From: Chitinophagaceae bacterium
GTDB lineage: Bacteria; Bacteroidota; Bacteroidia; Chitinophagales; Chitinophagaceae
Direction: 5' to 3'
DNA: 64,000 nt
NCBI GenBank assembly: GCA_041486045.1
Contig: JBGPKR010000003.1
Location: forward strand, 4,295-68,294
Positions 34,682-43,031 of the stretch are shown in pieces (position 1 is the stretch's first letter; the number at the start of each line of letters is the position of its first letter). The position numbers and the translations under genes are program-made. Under the pieces are notes generated by a model. It saw only the letters and a program-made list of their open reading frames with translations, was not told the origin of the DNA and made no database searches.

Positions 34682-35881
34682 ATGTATATAAAACGTAAAG
34701 AATTCATTCAGATCGGTTCGCTGGCTACAGCTGCCGTCATGCTGCCCAAATTCCTGAAAGCATTTGAAGGAAGTATGATGGTGCCTGAAGGGAATAAAGT
34801 GGTGGTGATACTTCAACTCAGTGGTGGCAATGATGGCCTGAACACCGTGATACCGGTTAGGAACGATTTGTATTACAAGGCAAGACCCAGGTTAGGTATT
34901 GAAAAAACAAAAGCCCTTTCCATTACTGACGAAGTAGGTTTGCATCCTGCACTGACCGGGTTCAAAGAATTATATGATGATGGAAGTTTGGGGATCATGA
35001 ATGGGGTGGGTTATCCCAATCCTGACCGTTCTCACTTCCGCAGTATGGACATCTGGCACACAGCGAGCCAAAGCAGCGAGTACCTGACAACCGGCTGGGT
35101 AGGACGTTATTTAGATGCCCAATGTAATGGTTGTGACAGACCAACACAGGCAATCGAAATTGATGATATTCTCAGCCTCTCCATGAAAGGTGAACATATA
35201 AAAGGAATTGCAGTTAAAGATCCGCAACGTTTATATGGAACTGCCAATGAACAATTTTTCCGGGATGTATTGAAAAATCATACCGATGAAGCAGGGGAGC
35301 AGCCGGTGGACTATTTATATAAAACAATGGCGGAAACATTGTCAAGTGCAGATTATATTTTCAAGCAAAGCAGGCTTCACCCGACCAGGGCTGAATACCC
35401 GAAGACTGACCTGGGCAACAGTATGAAAACAATCGCTTCATTGATCTTCTCAGATATCAATACAAAAGTTTATTATGTGTCGCTGGGAAGTTTTGACACA
35501 CATATTAACCAGGATGCACAGCAGCAACGTTTATTCACGGAGATGAATGATGCGGTAAAAGCATTTGTAAAAGACCTGAAAGCCAACAACCGTTTTAATG
35601 ATGTGATGCTCTTTACTTTTTCTGAATTTGGCAGAAGGGTGGAACAGAATGCCAGTGGAGGCACTGATCATGGTACGGCCAACAATATGTTTTTGATCAG
35701 CGGCGGGCTGAAACAGAAAGGCCTGATCAATGAATTGCCTGACCTCGGCAACCTGGATGAAGGCGACCTGAAATATAAAGTTGATTTCAAGAACGTTTAT
35801 GCTACCGTATTAAATAAATGGCTGAATGCGGACGACAAATCAATACTGAACAAACAATACGAGCTCCTGAATTTCATATAA
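34682..35881 (+). CDS. DUF1501-family protein (Tat-like N-terminus)
   Basis: KRKEFI, LQLSGGNDGLN, RSHFRSMDIW, GSFDTH, SEFGRR, GTDHG. Confidence 0.92.
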   Translation: MYIKRKEFIQIGSLATAAVMLPKFLKAFEGSMMVPEGNKVVVILQLSGGNDGLNTVIPVRNDLYYKARPRLGIEKTKALSITDEVGLHPALTGFKELYDDGSLGIMNGVGYPNPDRSHFRSMDIWHTASQSSEYLTTGWVGRYLDAQCNGCDRPTQAIEIDDILSLSMKGEHIKGIAVKDPQRLYGTANEQFFRDVLKNHTDEAGEQPVDYLYKTMAETLSSADYIFKQSRLHPTRAEYPKTDLGNSMKTIASLIFSDINTKVYYVSLGSFDTHINQDAQQQRLFTEMNDAVKAFVKDLKANNRFNDVMLFTFSEFGRRVEQNASGGTDHGTANNMFLISGGLKQKGLINELPDLGNLDEGDLKYKVDFKNVYATVLNKWLNADDKSILNKQYELLNFI

Positions 35882-35946
35882 CAAAGAGGCCACAAATCAA
35901 TAAACCCTTTTTGCTTTATTAATAACAGGCAAAACGCTTTGTTGAT

Positions 35947-37308
35947 TTATTGTTTTACCAGTTTTACCGTTTTTAATCTTCCATCCGGCCAGCTTACCAC
36001 CAGGTTATAAACACCCCCGGCTGATACCCCTAAATTCATGATCAATTGATTCATGCCAGGATGAAGGGTTTCTTTCTGTTGCTTTACCAATGCTCCTTTA
36101 TTATCATATAAACGAAACCATACTTCTTTGTCAGTTGCGGCGGCGAAAATGGCAACAATCACATCGCTTTGTATAACAGGATTGGGATATACATTGAAAA
36201 ATTCTTTTTCACTACAACTGTTGCGTAATACCGGCGAAATGGTTTTGCGGCCATCAAGATCAATTTGCACTATCCGGTACAAAGCGGAAACAGTTTGCTG
36301 GTCTGTATAGCTGTAATCAACAGGGTTATTACTTTGCCCGGCTGCTGGAAGGGTGGTTAAAGTTGTCCAGTTGTTCCCATTGCTGCTACCCTGTATAATA
36401 AAGAATTCTGTATTAAATTCCTGGAGCGTTTTCCAACTGATAACAATCTTGTCATTTACGCATTTTGTGTTGAATGAGCCCCACACCAGCGGCAATGCAT
36501 TGCCGGGTGAAGAAAGTGTCCATCTCGAGAAATCGGGTATTCCGGTTTTCTCTACATAATTGGCAGATATATCACGGGAGGTAAAACCCTGGCTGCTCCA
36601 GTGAATAGCATCCGGGCTCTTCCATATCTGCAGGTTATTTTCGGTAAGTCCGTTTAATTCCGCATCAAAATACCCGAATCGAAGCGTGGCATTCAGGCTT
36701 GAATTGTTAGCCGGGACAATATCAAAATACCTGAAAATGGAATTGCCGCCGCCTACGCCATTTGTTTGAGATTGATGCCCCCTCCGTATAAGTGTACTGC
36801 CTAAGTTTTGGGAAGAACTGATAATGGCTCCCAGGTTACCCGGATTTTGTGAAACAGGCGCATTTAATGTATTTGTAATTTCCACAAAACCGCCATTTAT
36901 ACTGCTGATGCGGCTTGTTTCTGATTCATTATTCAGTAAAGCATTTGATTGCAGCAGTATATTGTTATTATTTAAATAAATCAAACCCGATGTAAAATTA
37001 ATGGAGGATCCAATACTGATATTTCTGTTTAAGGAAAGCCTGGCACTCCCTGTTTTGGCAATTTCCAACACATCAAACAAAGGCAGGCTGGCGCCTGATA
37101 TACTGTTATTCTGGCTACCGGTAAACTTAAAAACCCCTTCCCCGGGAGCCTGAGTGATGGTGCCGTCATTATCCAGGTCCATGTCCTGCAACGTGATCAC
37201 AACAGCCCCGGTGGTTTTGAGAATTGCACCAGGAGTAATTTTTACAACATTCTGGGCCATCCCTAAAACCGGAAACACGGCGATTAACACGAAAAGAGTC
37301 TTTTTCAT
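35947..37308 (-). CDS. T9SS type-A sorting-domain protein
   Basis: Signal peptide MKKTLF...GMAQ; ALPLVWGSF linker; C-terminal VYPNPV...GVYNLVV...VKLVKQ. Confidence 0.88.
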   Translation of the reverse strand: MKKTLFVLIAVFPVLGMAQNVVKITPGAILKTTGAVVITLQDMDLDNDGTITQAPGEGVFKFTGSQNNSISGASLPLFDVLEIAKTGSARLSLNRNISIGSSINFTSGLIYLNNNNILLQSNALLNNESETSRISSINGGFVEITNTLNAPVSQNPGNLGAIISSSQNLGSTLIRRGHQSQTNGVGGGNSIFRYFDIVPANNSSLNATLRFGYFDAELNGLTENNLQIWKSPDAIHWSSQGFTSRDISANYVEKTGIPDFSRWTLSSPGNALPLVWGSFNTKCVNDKIVISWKTLQEFNTEFFIIQGSSNGNNWTTLTTLPAAGQSNNPVDYSYTDQQTVSALYRIVQIDLDGRKTISPVLRNSCSEKEFFNVYPNPVIQSDVIVAIFAAATDKEVWFRLYDNKGALVKQQKETLHPGMNQLIMNLGVSAGGVYNLVVSWPDGRLKTVKLVKQ

Positions 37309-37362
37309 AAAAAGAATTTGATGCATGAAGTTATTCATGGTTTTGGGACATCATTCCCTTCA

Positions 37363-37394
37363 TTTAGTAAAAGGCATGAACGATTGAGTAAATG
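37363..37394 (-). promoter_or_regulatory. Candidate LytTR-binding direct repeat
   Basis: tttagtaaaag (37363) and ttgagtaaatg (37384), 9/11 identical, 21-bp period, upstream of the T9SS gene. Confidence 0.4.
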
Positions 37395-37422
37395 GTAATG
37401 CTGCCATTGATTAAACAAAGAC

Positions 37423-38163
37423 TTAATGTCCTATTACTTTCAAAAACTCTTCTTTCTTTCTTCTTGCCACATCCACATAATTGCCATTCTGCATTTCAAT
37501 CTGGCCGCCATCGCCCTTCAGGTAGCGTTTAATATAGTTGAGATTGATAATATGTGAATGATGTGTACGGAAAAAAATATTGGCGGGCAGCAACTCTTCG
37601 AAATCTTTAAGCGTTTTACTGGCCGTGAGCTTGGGATGATCTTTGAAATAAATTGTAGTGTAATTGCTGCTGGCCTCAAGATGTATGATATCCCTGATAT
37701 TAAAAAACAACAAACCATCCAGAGTGGGGATAGCAATTTTACTAAAAATATTTTTACTATCCAGGTTTTGCTCCAGTACTGCCAGTTTTTTTTCAGTAAT
37801 GACAGGAGACTGGTTATAAATTTTTGAAACAGCGGATTTCAATTCCTCAATGTCAATAGGTTTCAGCAGGTAATCAAAAGCTGCAACTTTAAAGGCTTTT
37901 ATGGCGTACTGGTCATAGGCCGTAGTAAAGATGAGATGAAATTTTTTTTCAGGCAGCCGGTGCAGCATTTCAAAGCCATCCATCCGCGGCATTTCAATAT
38001 CAAGAAATACGATATCAGGCTTATTTTTTTCAATAAGCCTGATGCCGTCTTCGCCGTTTTCTGCTTCGCCGGTCAATCGCACCGCTGCACAATAATCCTG
38101 CAATTTTTGCCTGAGTGCAATTCGTCCCTTTTGTTCATCATCTATAATAATGGCGGTTAACAT
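37423..38163 (-). CDS. LytTR-family response regulator
   Basis: IIIDDE, FLDIEMP, YLLKP receiver; LEASSNYT, FFRTHHSHIINL LytTR domain. Confidence 0.96.
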   Translation of the reverse strand: MLTAIIIDDEQKGRIALRQKLQDYCAAVRLTGEAENGEDGIRLIEKNKPDIVFLDIEMPRMDGFEMLHRLPEKKFHLIFTTAYDQYAIKAFKVAAFDYLLKPIDIEELKSAVSKIYNQSPVITEKKLAVLEQNLDSKNIFSKIAIPTLDGLLFFNIRDIIHLEASSNYTTIYFKDHPKLTASKTLKDFEELLPANIFFRTHHSHIINLNYIKRYLKGDGGQIEMQNGNYVDVARRKKEEFLKVIGH

Positions 38164-41100
38164 TATTGAATTTTTAATAATACTTCCACTTTTGTTCCGG
38201 CAGGTTTATCCTTGTCATATAAATCAGTTATTTGCACCGAAGCTTTTTCTTCATTATTAAAAAGTTTCACCCTGGAGTTACTCATACCAATGCCATAGGA
38301 AAGTTTTTCATTTTGAGCCGGGTTCCTGAAGGTTGCCCTGCCTACGCCATTGTCTTCAATAATAAACTGGATAAAGCCATTTAGCTTATGAACAGAAACA
38401 CTTAGTACTCCTTTATTGTCAGGCCTGTATCTTATTCCGTGTAAAATAGCATTCTCTACGAAAGGTTGTATGATCAGCGACGGCACCTTATAATCATCCT
38501 GCAATAACGAATCATCGGCCCTTATCTCTGCTGTAAATTTGTTTTCATGACGGAGTTGTTCCAGTTCAATATACAGCTTCAGCGTATCTAAATCTTTTGC
38601 AAGCGTAACTGTATTTTGTTTTGAACTATCCAGTATGTTGCGGATGAGCTTGGCAAACTTAGTCAGGTAAACAGTTGCATGGTATTTATCATTGCTCTGT
38701 ATCAGCGCATCAATGCTGTTGATGCAATTGAAAATAAAATGCGGGTTCATCTGTGCCCGTAATGCCATCATTTCTGTCTCAGCTATCTTTTGTTTCATCT
38801 CTGCCTCATGACGGATAGATTTAATTCTTTTTCTAAACAAAAAATAAATAAACGCAGCTGCCAGCATGAGAAGGATCAGCCTGAACCATGTGGTTTCCCA
38901 GAATGGAGGTGTAATTATTATTGGAAATGAAGTAATGGCCGGAGTATTTCCTTCATCATCAGTTTTGACACGAAAAGTGTATTCCCCCGGCTCCAGGTTA
39001 GTATAATTTGCGAAACGTTTTGAACCGGCATACACCCAATCCTTATCAATTCCTGTCAGTTGGTAATAATACTTTGTTTCCTGCAGGTCTGAATAACTCA
39101 GTGCGCCGTATTCGATGGAAAGAAAATTTTTCCTGTGCGGCAACTTTACAGGGTTGCCGGTATACAGAAGGGAGTCAATAAAAATATCTTTATCAAATAT
39201 TTTAAACCCGGTTATGTCAACATGCGGGTTAGCCGCTTTCTGTTTTTGAAGACTGTCAGGATCGAAACAAATGATCTCTGTTGCTGTATTGGCAAGCCAC
39301 CTGCCGTCTTTCAGGCAATAAAAGCTGCTTGCTTTAAAAGAAGAGTTGATAACACCGGGATCAATATTATACCGGGTAAATTTTTTACTTCCGGGAACAT
39401 ATTTATATAAGCAATAATCAGTGATAAACCAGAGATTATTTGCTGCATCTTTTTTTACATTATTAATGGTGCCGGAGGGTAATCCATCATCTGAAACGAG
39501 ATGGAAAAATGTTTTTGTTTTGGTATTTAATAAATTAATACCCCCGTAAAGAGTTCCTATTACCAGGGTACTGTCATCAAAATTATCTATACTCAGGATG
39601 GTATTGGCTGAAAGGGAATAAGGATTGTTTTTATCAGCAGTATAATTGGCTGAATAGGTCATCTTTCCCATGTCAAATTGCTTCAGCCCGTTCTCGGTGC
39701 CGGCCCAGCAACGCTGTTGATTATCAATAAAGATTTCAAAAACGGGGGCAAACGTTAGTGGAATACCCGGGAGACTATCATTGTAAGAATAGAATTTTTG
39801 CTGAAGCTTGTCCCATTTAGCAATCCTGCCATTATGTAGTCCCATCAGGATATTCCCATTCATGTCTTTTGCCATGCAGCGAATCGTAAAATTATTAAGT
39901 TCCGGGGGGTGAATGGTACGTATGCTCCCTTTTACGGGGTCATAAATGTGAATATACCCGTGCTGGCAGCCCGCCCATATCGTTCCGTCGTCATTTTGAA
40001 TAAAACTCCATAATAAATTATATTCTTCCGGACCCGAAGTGAAATGAATATTTTTTTTGAAATGCCATTGATGATCAAACACGGTAATGCCTCCTCCCCA
40101 GGTCCCCGTCAGTATATCACCGTTGCGGGTTTCTATACATTGCTGAATCTCATATTCAGGAAGTGACAGGGTATTATTTTCATCATGGCAAATGGACTGA
40201 AAGTATTGCCGGTATGGATTAAAGAGGGTGATCCCTTTATCAGTTCCCAGCCAGATATTTTCTTCCTTGTCCTGGAAAATGCAATTAATGCTATAATTAT
40301 ATTGAATGCTGTTTTTGGTCTCTTTTTCTGTGGTGATGGCGGTGAAATTATCTGTTTCATTATTGTACTTCAGTAAGCCGGCATTTTGTGTGCCCAACCA
40401 CAAGCCATGATGATCATCTTCAAAAAAACAATTCACCACCAGGGTATAACCATTCTGTTTGCTTTTCCCTTTAGTTTGATTGATAACGGATAATGAATAG
40501 GTAGTAATTTTTTTTGTGGCGTAATGGTATTGATAGAATTCAGGTCCGCTGGAACTGATCCATATGTTATGCTTACTGTCTGCGAAAACGAAAAATAATT
40601 GTTTTTTATCCATTAACTGCAACAGCGGATGATGAAACGGGTTGTAGTTGTGTGAATAGATTCTTTTTGTTTTTTTATCAAACAGTAATAATCCTGTTCC
40701 CCATTTTACGAACCAGGCCTCGTCCTTCCCGGGGTCAATAACAAAAGGATAGCTTTTGTTCGGGCTGAGAAAAGAGGCGGTCAAAAAAACGGGTATCGGT
40801 TTTTTAGGAGAACTATCATAGGGAAAAACCCCAAAATTCCCGGCAAGCCAGGGGTTGTTAAGAGAATCAATATAGGGCTCGAACCCGAAAAAAGGGTCTT
40901 TTACTAATTGTTCCCTGTGGTATAAAGTAAAATTATTTTTTTGGAGATCCAGCATTTCAATATGTTGACTGGTGACCCAGAGCCGGTTATTTTTTTTGTC
41001 TGCAAATAATGAATAATCTGATGAATAGGCTGCTCCCCCGGACCTGGTTACATCATAAGGATAGTTTACAAAACGGGAGCCGTCATAACGCTGTAGTCCG

Positions 41101-41282
41101 TTGCGGGTAAGTATCCATATAAAACCTTTACCATCCTGCACAATGGAGAAAACGAGGTTGTGCAACAAACCATCCGATTGATCCATGTGACGGAAAGCGA
41201 ACTTATTATCAGGCTGTGCACACAAATCAAGTGGAATAAAAACAGATCGGATAAGCAATATGGCCATTACGGCATAACGCAT
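38163..41282 (-). CDS. Beta-propeller/Y_Y_Y sensor histidine kinase (LytS-like HisKA)
   Basis: Reg_prop repeats, YTNLEPGEYTFRV, TM, LRAQMNPHFIFNC, QPFVENAILHG, GIGMSN. Confidence 0.95.
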   Translation of the reverse strand: MRYAVMAILLIRSVFIPLDLCAQPDNKFAFRHMDQSDGLLHNLVFSIVQDGKGFIWILTRNGLQRYDGSRFVNYPYDVTRSGGAAYSSDYSLFADKKNNRLWVTSQHIEMLDLQKNNFTLYHREQLVKDPFFGFEPYIDSLNNPWLAGNFGVFPYDSSPKKPIPVFLTASFLSPNKSYPFVIDPGKDEAWFVKWGTGLLLFDKKTKRIYSHNYNPFHHPLLQLMDKKQLFFVFADSKHNIWISSSGPEFYQYHYATKKITTYSLSVINQTKGKSKQNGYTLVVNCFFEDDHHGLWLGTQNAGLLKYNNETDNFTAITTEKETKNSIQYNYSINCIFQDKEENIWLGTDKGITLFNPYRQYFQSICHDENNTLSLPEYEIQQCIETRNGDILTGTWGGGITVFDHQWHFKKNIHFTSGPEEYNLLWSFIQNDDGTIWAGCQHGYIHIYDPVKGSIRTIHPPELNNFTIRCMAKDMNGNILMGLHNGRIAKWDKLQQKFYSYNDSLPGIPLTFAPVFEIFIDNQQRCWAGTENGLKQFDMGKMTYSANYTADKNNPYSLSANTILSIDNFDDSTLVIGTLYGGINLLNTKTKTFFHLVSDDGLPSGTINNVKKDAANNLWFITDYCLYKYVPGSKKFTRYNIDPGVINSSFKASSFYCLKDGRWLANTATEIICFDPDSLQKQKAANPHVDITGFKIFDKDIFIDSLLYTGNPVKLPHRKNFLSIEYGALSYSDLQETKYYYQLTGIDKDWVYAGSKRFANYTNLEPGEYTFRVKTDDEGNTPAITSFPIIITPPFWETTWFRLILLMLAAAFIYFLFRKRIKSIRHEAEMKQKIAETEMMALRAQMNPHFIFNCINSIDALIQSNDKYHATVYLTKFAKLIRNILDSSKQNTVTLAKDLDTLKLYIELEQLRHENKFTAEIRADDSLLQDDYKVPSLIIQPFVENAILHGIRYRPDNKGVLSVSVHKLNGFIQFIIEDNGVGRATFRNPAQNEKLSYGIGMSNSRVKLFNNEEKASVQITDLYDKDKPAGTKVEVLLKIQ

Positions 41283-41321
41283 AGTTTAAAGCTAACAATT
41301 TTTTTAAGTCTGCGATGGCTT

Positions 41322-42815
41322 CTACTTCTTTTCCAGTGCAGCCAGTCTTTTTTCCAGCAAATCAACCTGCTTCTGCAACGTTTCTATAATTGCCTGCTGC
41401 TCCTGTACAGCTTTCACCAGTGGCATCACAAAGGAGGCGTAAGAAATACTGTAGTGATCGGTTTCATTGCGGGGTGTATTTACTCCGTCAAAATCATAAC
41501 CCAGTTCCCTGGCATCCCGTTCCACTTCCTGTGCCACAAAACCTGTAAATCTTTTTTGATACAGGGCGGCATATTCTGCATTTGTTTTTTTGTAACGGGA
41601 AGCAACGGAATCGGGCATCAGGTGAGTGATGTGATTTACCAGTTTTTGATTGTCGATCTGGTAAGTAACTGGCCTTAATTTGCTGATGAAGGACAAACCC
41701 GGCACATCTTCCTGAATATTTTCTTTAAACCGGCCGTCAGAAATATTACTCCAATTGGCATAGCCACCGATAACTAATATGCCTGGATACGGACCACCGA
41801 TCATCACTCTATCATCCGAAGTGACTACTGCGTTAGCACCGATTGCTGTTGCATCACCCCAGTAAGAAGCACTTACATTGGCATTAGCACCCAGGGCTGT
41901 ATTATAATTTCCGTCAATGTTAGTATAGAGCGCCGAAATTCCAATACCTACATTATGATGACCTGTGGTGTTGTAGTAAAGGGACTGATTGCCTAACGTC
42001 GAATTAGAATGACCTGAAGTATTGAAGTAAAGAGATTCAAAACCTTCCGCGGAATTTGCATCTCCGGTAGTATTGTTGAAAAGGGCACTATATCCCATCG
42101 CAATATTACCAGTTCCTGTGGTATTGAAGGTAAGGGCATCATGGCCCATTGCACAATTATAATATCCTGTGGTATTGGAGTAAAGCGCATAACCCCCCAT
42201 TGCAGAATTAAAACCTCCCGTGGTATTGGAGTAAAGGCTATTATATCCCATTGAAGCATTGGCAATTCCGGTAGTATTTGAAAAAAGGGCACCATATCCC
42301 ATTGCAGAATTATAATTTCCTGAGGTATTCCAGTAAAGGGACCGAAAGCCTATTGCAGAATTGGAATATCCTGTAGTATTCGATAAAAGGGTGCCATGAC
42401 CCATTGCAGTATTATTATACCCGGTGGTATTCGAATAAAGGGCACCATTGCCCATTGCAGAATTTGAATATCCTGTGCTGTTGGAAAAGCCTGCGCTGCT
42501 CCCGGTAAAAGTATTAGCAACTCCTCCTCCTCCTGCATTATTCACTCTTCCGGCACTTAGTCCCACAAAACTATTACTGAAGTCATCAGAATGAATCCAC
42601 ATCAGATCAATACCACTGCTGTTGCGGAGTTTGATGAGAGGGTTTGTATTGCTTTGTGTGCTGTTGGCTTCAATGATAAGTTGGGTGGCATCTGCTGCTC
42701 CTTTAACATGCAGTTTTGAAGCAGGGATTACAGTTCCAATGCCCACATTTTGTGCAGCCATTATATTACTGATGGCGATAAAGCCTGTGAATAAATGAAT
42801 TTTTTTCATAATCAT
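41322..42815 (-). CDS. Secreted trimeric fibre-like protein with C-terminal peptidase S74 intramolecular chaperone
   Basis: AQNVGIGT N-terminus; 17-aa GxxNxAxGxxALxxNTT repeats; SDGRFKENI...LRPVTY; coiled-coil tail. Confidence 0.9.
   Translation of the reverse strand: MIMKKIHLFTGFIAISNIMAAQNVGIGTVIPASKLHVKGAADATQLIIEANSTQSNTNPLIKLRNSSGIDLMWIHSDDFSNSFVGLSAGRVNNAGGGGVANTFTGSSAGFSNSTGYSNSAMGNGALYSNTTGYNNTAMGHGTLLSNTTGYSNSAIGFRSLYWNTSGNYNSAMGYGALFSNTTGIANASMGYNSLYSNTTGGFNSAMGGYALYSNTTGYYNCAMGHDALTFNTTGTGNIAMGYSALFNNTTGDANSAEGFESLYFNTSGHSNSTLGNQSLYYNTTGHHNVGIGISALYTNIDGNYNTALGANANVSASYWGDATAIGANAVVTSDDRVMIGGPYPGILVIGGYANWSNISDGRFKENIQEDVPGLSFISKLRPVTYQIDNQKLVNHITHLMPDSVASRYKKTNAEYAALYQKRFTGFVAQEVERDARELGYDFDGVNTPRNETDHYSISYASFVMPLVKAVQEQQAIIETLQKQVDLLEKRLAALEKK
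41880..42524 (-). repeat. Coding tandem repeat, 51 bp / 17 aa, 12 full units plus a partial
   Basis: GYSNSAMGNGALYSNTT, GYNNTAMGHGTLLSNTT, ... GHHNVGIGISALYTNID. Confidence 0.9.
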
Positions 42816-42836
42816 TGATTTGGGTAATGAACAGGA

Positions 42837-42926
42837 TTATTTCAGTTTATCTTTAATTTGTTTTATTTCTTTCACCAGCATCTCGATCTTTTTATTTTGA
42901 TCTTCTATAATTGATTGTTGCTTCCC
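42837..42926 (-). pseudogene. 3' remnant of a second S74-fibre gene
   Basis: GKQQSIIEDQNKKIEMLVKEIKQIKDKLK* parallels QEQQAIIETLQKQVDLLEKRLAALEKK* of the intact gene. Confidence 0.65.
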
Positions 42927-43031
42927 GGTTTGCATCGGGATTTCGGTCTTTGAAAAAGCAATGCGGACCAGGGATTGCTTTTGCCATCCGGTTGATGAAT
43001 CAGAAACGTTTCCGGGTTTCTTCAAACAGAT

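Noticed and set aside
41880-42524. CRISPR-like periodic array
   Set aside because: The 51-bp period is in-frame protein repeat with synonymous variation, with no constant repeat/unique spacer pattern and no cas genes.
41322-42815. Prophage remnant suggested by the tail-fibre/S74 domain
   Set aside because: The protein has a Sec signal peptide and there are no capsid, terminase, integrase or lysis genes nearby.
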